DNA from: an uncultured delta proteobacterium
GTDB taxonomy: Bacteria > Desulfobacterota > Binatia > DP-6
Length of the DNA stretch: 64,000 nucleotides
Direction: 5' to 3'
NCBI GenBank assembly: GCA_963815115.1
Contig: CAWFFN010000007.1
Span: forward strand, 608,001 to 672,000
This document shows, in pieces, positions 22,101 through 30,397 of the stretch. Positions within the stretch are counted from its first letter, which is position 1; each line of letters starts with the position of its first letter. Made by a program: the position numbers and the translations under genes. Under the pieces are notes generated by a model. The model ran no database searches. It saw nothing but the letters and a program-made list of their open reading frames with translations, and was not told where the DNA came from.

Positions 22101-23488
22101 GCCCACCCCAGGACCCGGTTGTTGCTCGTGTCGGCCACGTACACCCTGCTCGGCACCGTGCTCCGGTCGACGGCGACGCCGCGCGGGGCGAACACACCGC
22201 GTGCGTCGACGAAGTTCGGGCCGCTGTAGACGAACGCGAGCTGGCCGAGCACGCGGTCGGCCGTGACGCCGCTCACGAGCGGCGTGTCGTACTCGAGGAC
22301 CCGCGAGTTGCTCAGATCCGCGACGTAGAGGTTGCCCGTGGCGTCCGTCGCCACGCCGTCCGGGTTGCACAGGCTCGTCGCGCTCGCGACGTTGCAGGTG
22401 GCGGTCGTGAAGCTGCCTCCCTGGCCGAAGACGCGGTCCGCGGTGACGCCGCTCACCAGCGGCGTGTCGTACTCGAGGACCCGGTGGTTGGACTCGTCCC
22501 CGATGTAGAGGTTGCTCGCGGGATCGACGGCGACACCGACGGGGCCGCAGAGGCTCGTCGCGCTGATGCCGCCCAGGTCGCAGCCATTGCTGGTGAAGCT
22601 CCCGCCCTGGCCGAAGACCCGGTCCGCCGACACGCCGCTCGCCAGCGGCGTGTCGTACTCGAGGACGCGGGAGTTTCCGCTGTCCGCGACATAGACGTTG
22701 CCGGCGCCGTCGACGGCCGTGCCCAGCGGGTTGCAGAGACCAGAGGCGGTCACGCCGCCGAGGTTGCAACTATTGCTCGTGAAGCTCCCGCCCTGGCCGA
22801 AGACCCGGTCCGCGGTGACCCCGCTCACGAGCGGCGTGTCGTACTCGAGGACGCGTGAATTGCTCGCGTCCGCCACGTAGAGGTTGCCGCCGGCGTCCAC
22901 GGCGACGCCCCAGGGGAAGCAGAGACCCGTGGCGTTCAGGCCGGGCAGGTTGCAGACGCCGGTGGTGAAACCCCCGGCCTGGCCGAAGACCCGGTCGGCC
23001 GTCGCGCCCGACGCGAACGGGCTGTCGTACTCGAGCACGCGGGAGTTGTTGACGTCCGCGACGTAGAGGTTGCCCGCGGCGTCGACGGCGAGCCCGACGG
23101 GGGCGCAGAGGCTCACCGCGCTGATGCCGCCCGTGTTGCAGGAGGATGAAAAGAAGTCGGGCTGGCCGATGACCAGCGCGGCCGGACCGCCGCTGGCGAA
23201 GGCGGTCACGTCCGCCCACGCCAGGACGCGGTTGTTGTTCGTGTCGGCAACGTAGAGTCGGTTCGGCACGACGCTCCGGTCGATCGCGACTCCTCGCGGG
23301 ACGGACACGCCGCGCGCATCGACGAGGTTGGCCCCGTTGTAGGGAAACGCCAACTGGCCCAGCACCCGGTCCGCCGTCGTGTCCGCCGCCGCTTGCCGGG
23401 CGGGTACCACGGCGGCGGCTACGGCCAGCAAGACGGACAGCTGCACAAAAGAGAACCATCGGTGGGAAGCGATCGGCGTGACGCGCAC
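19169..23488 (-). CDS. Large secreted protein: 12 NHL blades (two 6-bladed propellers), Myxococcus-type Cys-rich motif, five 76-aa Cys repeats, C-terminal beta domain
   Basis: Signal peptide ending AAA-D. Repeated ADRVFGQ...P.GVAVD..GNLYVAD..N.RVLEYD, then CGNGVVEAGETCDDGN. GTG at 23488 follows GGAGG. Confidence 0.9.
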   Translation of the reverse strand: MRVTPIASHRWFSFVQLSVLLAVAAAVVPARQAAADTTADRVLGQLAFPYNGANLVDARGVSVPRGVAIDRSVVPNRLYVADTNNNRVLAWADVTAFASGGPAALVIGQPDFFSSSCNTGGISAVSLCAPVGLAVDAAGNLYVADVNNSRVLEYDSPFASGATADRVFGQAGGFTTGVCNLPGLNATGLCFPWGVAVDAGGNLYVADASNSRVLEYDTPLVSGVTADRVFGQGGSFTSNSCNLGGVTASGLCNPLGTAVDGAGNVYVADSGNSRVLEYDTPLASGVSADRVFGQGGSFTSNGCDLGGISATSLCGPVGVAVDPASNLYIGDESNHRVLEYDTPLVSGVTADRVFGQGGSFTTATCNVASATSLCNPDGVATDATGNLYVADLSNSRVLEYDTPLVSGVTADRVLGQLAFVYSGPNFVDARGVFAPRGVAVDRSTVPSRVYVADTSNNRVLGWASAAAFVDGAPADLVIGQPDFLSSSCNSGGLSATSLCSPIGVAVDAGGNLYVADASNSRVLEYDAPFATDAAADRVFGQGGSFTTGTCNLGGVSATSLCSPVGVAMDPAGDLYVADQTNSRVLEYDTPLASGVTADRVFGQGGSFTLGTCNLGGVSATSLCSPVGVAMDPAGDLYVADQTNSRVLEYDTPLASGVTADRVFGQGGSFASGTCNLGGVSATSLCNPAGIAVGTDGNLYVTDQSNNRLLEYDTPLVSGVTADRVFGQGGSFASSTCNLGGASATSLCTPSAVSVDTSGDLYAADSGNHRVLEYDDPVVVCGNGVVEAGETCDDGNTAAGDCCSPTCTYDAPGTACTSDGNVCTNDVCNGAGACLHPNNTAPCDDGLFCNGADTCGGGTCTHAGNPCTGGSECADTCNEAADNCFDPAGTACTSDGNVCTNDQCNGSGACTHPNNTAPCDDGLFCTGADICSGGACTHAGSPCAGGPECADTCNEAADNCFDAAGTACTSDGNVCTNDQCNGTGACTHPNNTASCDDGLFCNGADTCSGGTCAAHAGNPCAGGPECADTCNEAADNCFDPAGTACTSDGNVCTNDQCNGTGACTHPNNTAPCNDGLFCNGSDTCSGGTCTHTGNPCTGGPECADTCNEAADNCFDPAGTGCTSDGNVCTNDQCNGTGACAHPNNAAPCDDGLFCNGADTCSGGACTHAGDPCTGGPECAVTCNEAADNCFDPSGTACTVDGDPCTLDQCDGSGTCAHPTGNDGAACSDGDDCTSGEICSGGACTGGTPITCPLCQTCNPAGGCLAAPRSTCKLPTQAGKAQLILRDFTPDAKDQVVFKWTRGQATTFADLGNPLATDDYALCLFDGTGDLLLKMTAPAGGTCGSRPCWKQIGRVPPKGFKYKDRDGLPDDLDGITIRAGGAGAAKLTLKGKGDNIPLPPLGPTLMLPLKAQLQSENGQCYEGTFSTPLVNSTLDFKAKSD
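19910..21060 (-). repeat. Five tandem 228-bp (76-aa, 12-Cys) intragenic repeats
   Basis: CGAAGCAGTTGTCGGCGGCCTCGTTGCAGG recurs at about 19921, 20149, 20377, 20608 and 20836. Confidence 0.92.
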
Positions 23489-23538
23489 ATACCCTCCAAA
23501 GCTATGCCGTTTGCGCAAGGTCTTGCTGGGAAGCAGAG

Positions 23539-23568
23539 CCTATAGTCGCCGCCGACGACGCCCGTCAA
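23539..23568 (-). promoter_or_regulatory. Possible sigma70 promoter of the NHL protein gene
   Basis: Minus strand TTGACG-18 nt-TATAGG. Confidence 0.4.
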
Positions 23569-24024
23569 GGATTTTCGGCTCCACGAAGCATCCGACCGCG
23601 CTCGCGGGATTTCGCCTGCGCGGCTCTGCTCCGGAGTGACGAGAGAGGCGCGAGCCGGGCTCGTCGCCGTCGCGCAGCGCGCTCGGACGCCGGCGCGGCG
23701 GTCGTCCCGAAGCCAACTGCAAGTGAATCGTCACGCGTCGGGTGTCGGTCCTCCGGCGCGATCGCCAGGCGATGGCCGCGATGCAGTGGATCGATCCCGC
23801 GTTCGAACCGGTCCGCGGCCGTGGATGAGCGGCGCGCGCCCGTCATGTCGCGCGCTTCCGGGTGTACCAATCCCGAGGGCGAAGACCGACCCGGCCCGGG
23901 CCTCGCCTCCTCCCGCACCGCCATGCTCGCTTATTCGCCGTTTTCTCCGCGATTTTCCTTGACAGCTCGGGTGGCGCCTGTGCTAGCCGGCACGGGTCGC
24001 ACATCGCCAGGGGGGGACATCAGA

Positions 24025-27000
24025 GTGAAAACCCAGCGCACGGGGACGGCCCTCGCTCGCCGTCAGGACGCTCGTCGTTCCGTTCGGTTGTCGCGTCCGT
24101 TGGCGGCAGCGTTCACGATCCTCGTTCTTCTCGGCACCGCCCCCGCGGCGCTTGCCGTCTGCGGAAACGGGGTCGTGGAGTCTGGCGAAACCTGTGACGA
24201 CGGCAACACGACGAGCGGAGACTGCTGCGACGCGACCTGCCACATCGAACCCGGCGGCTCGGTCTGCCGGCCCGCGGCCGGCACCTGCGACGTTCCCGAG
24301 ACCTGCAACGGCATCAGCCCCACGTGTCCCGCCAACGTCGTTCAGCCGGCCGGATTCACGTGCCGCCCGTCCGCTGGCGTCTGCGACACGGCGGAGACCT
24401 GCAACGGCACCAGCACGGCGTGCCCAGCCGATGGGTTCCAGCCGTCCAGCATCGTCTGCCGCGCCTCGGCCGGCGTCTGCGACCTCGCCGAGAATTGCAC
24501 CGGCTCGAGCGCCGCCTGCCCCGCCGACGCCAAGAGCACCGCGGTCTGCCGGCCGGCCGCCGGCGCATGCGATGCCGCCGAAAGCTGTAACGGCGTGAGC
24601 AACACCTGCCCGGGCGACGTCCTCGCTCCCTCCGGCACCGTCTGCCGGGCCTCCGCCGGCGTCTGCGACGTCGCCGAGACCTGCAGCGGCAGCAGCCCGG
24701 CATGTCCGGCCGATGCCTTCCAGCCCGCCACGCTCGTCTGCCGCACCCTCCAGGGCGCCTGCGACGCAGGGGCCGAGCACTGCACCGGGACCAGCGGCAC
24801 GTGCCCCGGGGACACGCCCCTGCCGAGCGGCACGGTATGCCGTCCCGCCGCCGGCGTGTGCGACCTCGCCGAGACCTGCAACGGCACCAGCGACCTCTGC
24901 CCCGGCGACGTGAAGAGCGTGGCGGTGTGCCGCCCGGCGGCGGGCGGATGCGACATCCCCGAGGCGTGCGACGGCTCGGGGAACAACTGCCCGGGCGACG
25001 TCCTGAAGCCGTCGGGGAGCGTCTGCCGGGCGGCGGCGGGCGTCTGCGATCAGGCCGAGGTGTGCAACGGGACGAGCGCCGCATGCCCCGCCGACGCGCT
25101 TCTGCCCAACACGACGGTCTGCCGCGCCGCGGTCGGCGTGTGCGACGCCGTCGAGACCTGCACCGGGGCGGACGTCAACTGTCCGCCCGACGCGCTCGTT
25201 CCGGCCGGCACGCTGTGCCGCGCAGCGGCAGGTCTGTGCGATCAGGCCGAGACCTGCACGGGATCGAACGTCAACTGTCCCGCCGACCAGCTCAAGTCCG
25301 CGTCGGTCACCTGCCGCTCCTCTGCGGGCATCTGCGACGTGGTGGAGACGTGCACGGGCACGAGCAGCAATTGTCCGCAGGACGTCTTCCAGCCGGCGAC
25401 GACCGTGTGCCGCCCCGCCGCGGGCCCCTGCGATGCCGCCGAGACGTGCGCCGGCACCGGGCCCACCTGTCCGACCGATCTGAAGTCGACCGGCGTCTGC
25501 CGGCCGGGCATCGACCTGTGCGATGCCTCGGAGGTCTGCGACGGCGTGCACGACACGTGTCCGCCGGACGTGGTGCGTCCGGCGGGCGCCATCTGTCGCG
25601 ACGCCGCCGGCTCCTGCGACGTCGTCGAAAGCTGCGACGGGACGAGCACGGCGTGTCCGGCGGACACCGTCAAGCCGGCGACGTTCCAGTGCCGGCCCGC
25701 GGCCGGAGTCTGCGACGTGGCGGAGAACTGCACCGGGACCACGCCGGCCTGCCCGGCCGATGTCCTCGCGCCCAACACCACCGTCTGCCGCACGGCCGCA
25801 GGCGTATGCGATCTGGTCGAGACCTGCACCGGGACCACGCCCACGTGTCCGAACGACGCCAAGGGCACCGGCGTCTGCCGGGCGGCGGTCGACGCCTGTG
25901 ACAAGCCCGAGGTCTGCAACGGGTCGAGCAACAACTGTCCCGGCGACGGCCTCCAGCCCGCGGGCTTCGTCTGCCGCGCGGCCGCGGGCGCGTGCGACGC
26001 GGTCGAGACCTGCACCGGGTCGAGCGCCGCCTGCCCGCCCGATGCCGTCCTGCCCGCCGGCTCCTCCTGCCGGGCTACCGCCGGCGCGTGCGACGTGGCG
26101 GAGAGCTGCAACGGCACCGGCACCGCCTGCCCGGCCGACGCGTTCCTCCCGGCCACGAGCGTCTGCCGCGCATCGGTGGGCGCCTGCGACGTGGCCGAGA
26201 GCTGCACCGGCACCGGCCCCACCTGTCCGCCCGACGCGTTCCAGCCCTCCTCGCTCGTCTGTCGTGGCGCCGCGGGTCCGTGCGACCTGGCGGAGAGCTG
26301 CACCGGCACGAGCGGCACCTGTCCGCCCGACGCCAAGAGCACGGCCGTGTGCCGTATCGCGACCGCCGCCTGCGACGCCGCGGAGAGCTGCGACGGCGTC
26401 GGCAACACCTGCCCGCCGGATGCGCTCGCGCCGGCCGGCACGGTGTGTCGTGCCACCGCCGGCGCCTGTGACGTCGCCGAGACGTGCAGCGGGTCGGGCG
26501 CCACCTGTCCGCCCGACGCCGTGCTGCCCTCCGGCTCGACCTGCCGTCCTGCGGCGGGTGCCTGCGACGTGGCGGAGAGCTGCAACGGCACCAGCACCGC
26601 TTGCCCGGTCGACGCATTCCTTCCCGCCACCAGCGTCTGCCGCGCATCGGCGGGCGCCTGCGACCTGGCCGAGAGCTGCAGCGGCACGAGCGGCGCGTGC
26701 TCGCCCGACTCGAAGAGCACCGCCGTCTGCCGGGCGTCGGCGGGCGCCTGCGACGTCGCCGAGAGCTGCGACGGCGTGACCGATACCTGCCCGGTCGACG
26801 CGCTCGCGCCGGCCGGTACGGTCTGCCGGTCGTCGGCGAGCAGCTGTGACGTCGCGGAGGTGTGCGACGGCACCAGCGCCACCTGCCCGCCCAACGACGT
26901 TCCCGGCGATCTCGACGGCGACGGCATCTGCGACGCGGCCGACAACTGTCCTTCCGTGGCCAACGCCGGACAGGCCGACGGCGACGGCGATCACGTGGGC

Positions 27001-27513
27001 GACGCTTGCGACGTCTGCAACAACGTCGCTCCGACGGCGGCGGTCAAGCCGAAGCTCAGCCTCACCAAGCTGCTGCCGCCCGGCGGCGACGACCGCGTCA
27101 AGTTCAAGGGGACGATCACCGGCGTCCCGAACGCCTCCTCGGTCAACCCCGCGACCACCGGCGTGCGCTTCCTGCTCACCGACGGTACGGGCGTGACCCT
27201 GCTGGACGCCGCCATCCCCGGAGGCACCAACTGGAAGGTGGGGCCGACGTCGTGGACCTACCGCAACAAGCTGACGCCGGTCGCCGGCATCACCAAGATG
27301 CTGCTCAAGACCCGGGTACCGGGCGAGTTCAAGTTCGTCATCGCCGGCCGCGACGGGACGTATCTGTCGCCCAGCGACTCGACGGTGCACGCCACCCTGG
27401 TCCTCGATCCTCCCGTCGCGGACACGGGTCAGTGCGGCGAGGTCGCCTACGTCGACGGCAGCGACCTGACCTGCCGCATCCTCGGCGGCGGCGCGAAGGT
27501 GCTCTGCAAGTAG
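24025..27513 (+). CDS. Large secreted protein with 28 tandem disintegrin-loop-like repeats, thrombospondin type-3-like repeats and a C-terminal beta domain
   Basis: GTG at 24025 after a G-rich RBS. Signal peptide ending ALA-V, CGNG..E.CDDGN, 28 x CRxxxGxCDxxExCxGxxxxCPxD, then DLDGDGICD..DNCP.VAN..QADGDGD.VGDACD. Confidence 0.9.
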   Translation: MKTQRTGTALARRQDARRSVRLSRPLAAAFTILVLLGTAPAALAVCGNGVVESGETCDDGNTTSGDCCDATCHIEPGGSVCRPAAGTCDVPETCNGISPTCPANVVQPAGFTCRPSAGVCDTAETCNGTSTACPADGFQPSSIVCRASAGVCDLAENCTGSSAACPADAKSTAVCRPAAGACDAAESCNGVSNTCPGDVLAPSGTVCRASAGVCDVAETCSGSSPACPADAFQPATLVCRTLQGACDAGAEHCTGTSGTCPGDTPLPSGTVCRPAAGVCDLAETCNGTSDLCPGDVKSVAVCRPAAGGCDIPEACDGSGNNCPGDVLKPSGSVCRAAAGVCDQAEVCNGTSAACPADALLPNTTVCRAAVGVCDAVETCTGADVNCPPDALVPAGTLCRAAAGLCDQAETCTGSNVNCPADQLKSASVTCRSSAGICDVVETCTGTSSNCPQDVFQPATTVCRPAAGPCDAAETCAGTGPTCPTDLKSTGVCRPGIDLCDASEVCDGVHDTCPPDVVRPAGAICRDAAGSCDVVESCDGTSTACPADTVKPATFQCRPAAGVCDVAENCTGTTPACPADVLAPNTTVCRTAAGVCDLVETCTGTTPTCPNDAKGTGVCRAAVDACDKPEVCNGSSNNCPGDGLQPAGFVCRAAAGACDAVETCTGSSAACPPDAVLPAGSSCRATAGACDVAESCNGTGTACPADAFLPATSVCRASVGACDVAESCTGTGPTCPPDAFQPSSLVCRGAAGPCDLAESCTGTSGTCPPDAKSTAVCRIATAACDAAESCDGVGNTCPPDALAPAGTVCRATAGACDVAETCSGSGATCPPDAVLPSGSTCRPAAGACDVAESCNGTSTACPVDAFLPATSVCRASAGACDLAESCSGTSGACSPDSKSTAVCRASAGACDVAESCDGVTDTCPVDALAPAGTVCRSSASSCDVAEVCDGTSATCPPNDVPGDLDGDGICDAADNCPSVANAGQADGDGDHVGDACDVCNNVAPTAAVKPKLSLTKLLPPGGDDRVKFKGTITGVPNASSVNPATTGVRFLLTDGTGVTLLDAAIPGGTNWKVGPTSWTYRNKLTPVAGITKMLLKTRVPGEFKFVIAGRDGTYLSPSDSTVHATLVLDPPVADTGQCGEVAYVDGSDLTCRILGGGAKVLCK
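24265..26900 (+). repeat. 28 tandem 90-99-bp intragenic repeats
   Basis: Counted by hand from the translation. Units are 32 aa, with 30-aa variants at units 3, 7, 13, 17, 22 and 26 and one 33-aa unit (6). Confidence 0.9.
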
Positions 27514-27553
27514 GGCGTTGGACAGAGCCGCCATCCGCGGACGCGCCACGTTT

Positions 27554-27653
27554 TGCCGCGCCGGCTTCGCCGGCCGCGGCACGCCGTCCGCCCGATTCAC
27601 CGAACGCCACACGCTCGCTCCGCTCGCGGCCCGAGACGAAGTCTCGGGCCGCG
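27554..27653. repeat. Dispersed two-hairpin intergenic repeat, copy 2
   Basis: TGCCGCGCCGGCTTCGCCGGCCGCGGCA ... CGCGGCCCGAGAC-GAA-GTCTCGGGCCGCG. Confidence 0.85.
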
Positions 27654-27656
27654 CTC

Positions 27657-29183
27657 CTAACCCGCCTGGCACACGAGCGGGAGCTCGCGGCCGAGGTCGT
27701 GTCGCATGACGTCGTCGAGGGTGGCGAGCAGGTCGGAGCGTCGCGACGCGAGCGCGGGGTCGCTCCAGCGGTTCACCAGCTCGCCGGGATCCTCGTCGAG
27801 GTCGTAGAGCTCGCCGCGCTCGGGCACCGCTTCGTCGCGCGTGATGCGATAGCGCCGGGTCGTCAGGGTACGGAAGGCGAAGCCGCCGCGGATCATGTCG
27901 TCCTCGGTGAGGACGAGCTCGCGCGGGCCGTCGAGGAGCGGACGCCCCTCCATGCCCCCGGGCCGCGGCACGCCGCAGGCCTGCAACGCCGTCGGCGCCA
28001 GGTCGATGGTGCCGACCGGGTCGTCGACGACCGCCGCCGCCGCGAAGCCCGGACCGCGCACGATCAGCGGTACCCGGATCAGCGCCTCGTAGTGGATCGG
28101 CGCCTTCAGCATCATCTGATGGTCGCCCATGAAGTCACCGTGATCTCCGGTGAAGACCACCAGCGTGTCGTCCGCCAGGCCGCGGGCGGCGAGCGCGGCC
28201 AGCACGCGGCCGATGTGATGGTCGAGCTGCGCGATCATGCCGTAGTAAGCGGCGAGGATCGTGCACTGCTCGACCTCGCTGAACTGCACCCAGCCGGGAT
28301 TCACCCACTCCCACGCGGTGCCGCGGAAGCCGGTGGTCCAGACGCGGTGGAAGTCGGGCTTGGTGTCGAACTCCTCGGGATGGCTCCTGGGAAGCACGGC
28401 CAGCATGTCGGCGGGATCGTAGCGATCGCACCAGGGGTGCGGCGGGTCGAACGGGTGGTGCGGATCGGGGAAGCTCACCCAGGCGAAGAACGGCCGGTCG
28501 ACGCGCGACAGCCAGGCGATCGTGCGGTCGGCGATCCACTGCGTCGGGTGGTCCTCCTCCGGGAGCTGGTTGCCCCAGGTCTGCGTCGCGTCCCACACCC
28601 GCCCGGCGGCCTCGGGCTGCATCAGGCGGAGCCGTTCGAGGCCGCGCCGGCGGCCGTCGCGGAAGAGGTGGCGCGCGTAGTGCAGCCCCATCGGCGGCGG
28701 TCCGAAGCCCCAGTTCCAGTGACCCGCCTGCGGCGCGATGCGGATGTTGTGCACGTCGGTGGTGAGCTCGACGTGGTCGAAGCCGAAGTAGGGCCCGTAC
28801 CAGTCGGGCGGGACCAGCGCGGAATCCGGTACCGACTCGACGCTGCCGGTCGGGAAGTCGGGGAAGTAGGACGCGAAGTGCGCCTTGCCGAAGAACGCGG
28901 TGGCGAACCCGGCTCCGGCGAAGGTGGTGGCGACCGAATCCGCGGCCGCCTCGAGGGGAACATCGATGCCGTTACGGATGACCCCGTGCGTGCTGGGATA
29001 CTGTCCGGTCAGGATGGTCGCACGGGCCGGCTGGCAGAACGGGTTCTGCGTCCGGCAGCGCGTGAAGCGCGTTCCCTCGGCGGCGAGGCGATCGAGATGG
29101 GGCGTGGCCCCGAGCGGATCGCCGTAGGCGCCGATGGTGGTCGCCTTGTGTTGGTCCGTGGTCACCAGGAGCACGTTCATCAC
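27657..29183 (-). CDS. Cytoplasmic sulfatase-family hydrolase (choline-sulfatase/phosphonate monoester hydrolase-like)
   Basis: NVLLVTTDQ, TPHLDRLA, CQPAR (CxPxR), GKAH, DPHHP and GDHG. No signal peptide. Confidence 0.9.
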   Translation of the reverse strand: MMNVLLVTTDQHKATTIGAYGDPLGATPHLDRLAAEGTRFTRCRTQNPFCQPARATILTGQYPSTHGVIRNGIDVPLEAAADSVATTFAGAGFATAFFGKAHFASYFPDFPTGSVESVPDSALVPPDWYGPYFGFDHVELTTDVHNIRIAPQAGHWNWGFGPPPMGLHYARHLFRDGRRRGLERLRLMQPEAAGRVWDATQTWGNQLPEEDHPTQWIADRTIAWLSRVDRPFFAWVSFPDPHHPFDPPHPWCDRYDPADMLAVLPRSHPEEFDTKPDFHRVWTTGFRGTAWEWVNPGWVQFSEVEQCTILAAYYGMIAQLDHHIGRVLAALAARGLADDTLVVFTGDHGDFMGDHQMMLKAPIHYEALIRVPLIVRGPGFAAAAVVDDPVGTIDLAPTALQACGVPRPGGMEGRPLLDGPRELVLTEDDMIRGGFAFRTLTTRRYRITRDEAVPERGELYDLDEDPGELVNRWSDPALASRRSDLLATLDDVMRHDLGRELPLVCQAG

Positions 29184-29301
29184 GATCCTCTTCCCGTACC
29201 GGCCCGCTTCCGGTCTCTATGCCCGGCTCCTTGGTCGCCGTCCACCCACTCGACCTCGCGATCCTTCCGCGTTACCTAGGAGTGCACGGAGGGACAGCCG
29301 C

Positions 29302-30201
29302 ATGGCCATTCGCTTCGACGGCAAGGTTGCGATCGTGACGGGCGCGGGCGGAGGCCTCGGCCGGGCGCACGCCCTCGAGCTGGCGCGCCGCGGCGCCCGG
29401 GTGGTGGTGAACGACCTCGGCGGCGCGGTCGACGGCAGCGGCGGGTCGAGCAAGGCGGCCGAGGACGTGGTGGCGGAGATCAAGGCGCTGGGCGGCCAGG
29501 CCATCGCCAACGGCGGCTCGGTCGGCGATCGCGAGGGTGCCCGCAGCATCGTGCGCGACGCGGTCGAGGCCTACGGCACGGTCGACATCCTGATCAACAA
29601 CGCCGGCATCCTGCGTGACAAGTCGTTCGCCAAGATGGCGCTCGACGACTTCGAGCTGGTGCTGCGCGTCCACCTTCTCGGCAGCGTCTACTGCACCCAG
29701 GCGGCATGGCCGCTCATGGCCGAGAAGGGCTACGGGCGCATCGTCATGACGACCTCGTCGAGCGGGCTCTACGGCAACTTCGGCCAGTCGAACTACGGGA
29801 CCGCGAAGATGGCCCTCGTCGGCCTCATGAACACGCTCAAGCTCGAGGGCGAGCGCAAGAACATCCGGGTGAACGCCATCGCGCCGGTCGCGGCGACCCG
29901 CATGACCACCGATCTCGGCATCCCGGACGAGGTCATGAAGGCCCTCAAGCCCGAGCTCGTCACCCCCGCGGTGCTCTACCTGTGCAGCGAGGACGCGCCC
30001 AACGGCACGATCGTGGAGGCCGGCGCCGGCTACTTCGCCAGGGTCGCGGTGATGGAGGCGAAGGGCGTGCACGTCGGGGCCGCGGCGACCGTCGAGGACG
30101 TCGCGGCCGCGTTCGATCGCATCGCGGACCTGAAGGAGGCGACGCCGTTCTGGCAGGGCGCCGAGGTGACGCAGAAGATCGTCACCACCCGCCCGCGCTA
30201 G
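29302..30201 (+). CDS. SDR oxidoreductase (MFE-2/3-hydroxyacyl-CoA dehydrogenase-like)
   Basis: TGAGGGLG, VVNDLG, NNAGILRD and GNFGQSNYGTAK (YxxxK). ATG at 29302 after GGAGG. Confidence 0.92.
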   Translation: MAIRFDGKVAIVTGAGGGLGRAHALELARRGARVVVNDLGGAVDGSGGSSKAAEDVVAEIKALGGQAIANGGSVGDREGARSIVRDAVEAYGTVDILINNAGILRDKSFAKMALDDFELVLRVHLLGSVYCTQAAWPLMAEKGYGRIVMTTSSSGLYGNFGQSNYGTAKMALVGLMNTLKLEGERKNIRVNAIAPVAATRMTTDLGIPDEVMKALKPELVTPAVLYLCSEDAPNGTIVEAGAGYFARVAVMEAKGVHVGAAATVEDVAAAFDRIADLKEATPFWQGAEVTQKIVTTRPR

Positions 30202-30300
30202 AAGCGTTGCGGCGAAGCCGCCGCGGCAGTCGTTTCGGAACACGAGCCCGTAGCCGAGACGGCATGCTTGCGGGCGCTGCAGGCTCGGGCGTGCCACGTT

Positions 30301-30394
30301 TGCCGCGCCGGCTCTCCCGGCCGCGGCACGGCGTTCGCCCGATGCACCGAACACGACTCGCTCGCTTTCGACCCGAGACGGAGTCTCGGGTCGA
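30301..30394. repeat. Dispersed two-hairpin intergenic repeat, copy 3
   Basis: TGCCGCGCCGGCTCTCCCGGCCGCGGCA ... TCGACCCGAGAC-GGA-GTCTCGGGTCGA. Confidence 0.85.
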
Positions 30395-30397
30395 GCG

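Noticed and set aside
23570-24020. Riboswitch (c-di-GMP/c-di-AMP) in the divergent gap between the giant genes
   Set aside because: No recognisable GEMM or ydaO consensus by eye. Only weak sigma70-like elements (TTGACA at 23959).
21170-26900. Regularly spaced DNA repeats as a possible CRISPR array
   Set aside because: Periods are multiples of 3 (90-99, 186 bp), variation falls at wobble positions, there are no unique spacers, and no cas genes are present.
19841-27672. 1000+ aa ORFs antisense to the two giant repeat genes, and the small repeated 60-aa ORFs at 22512-23255
   Set aside because: Mirror images of the coding repeats. They lack RBSs and domain signatures.
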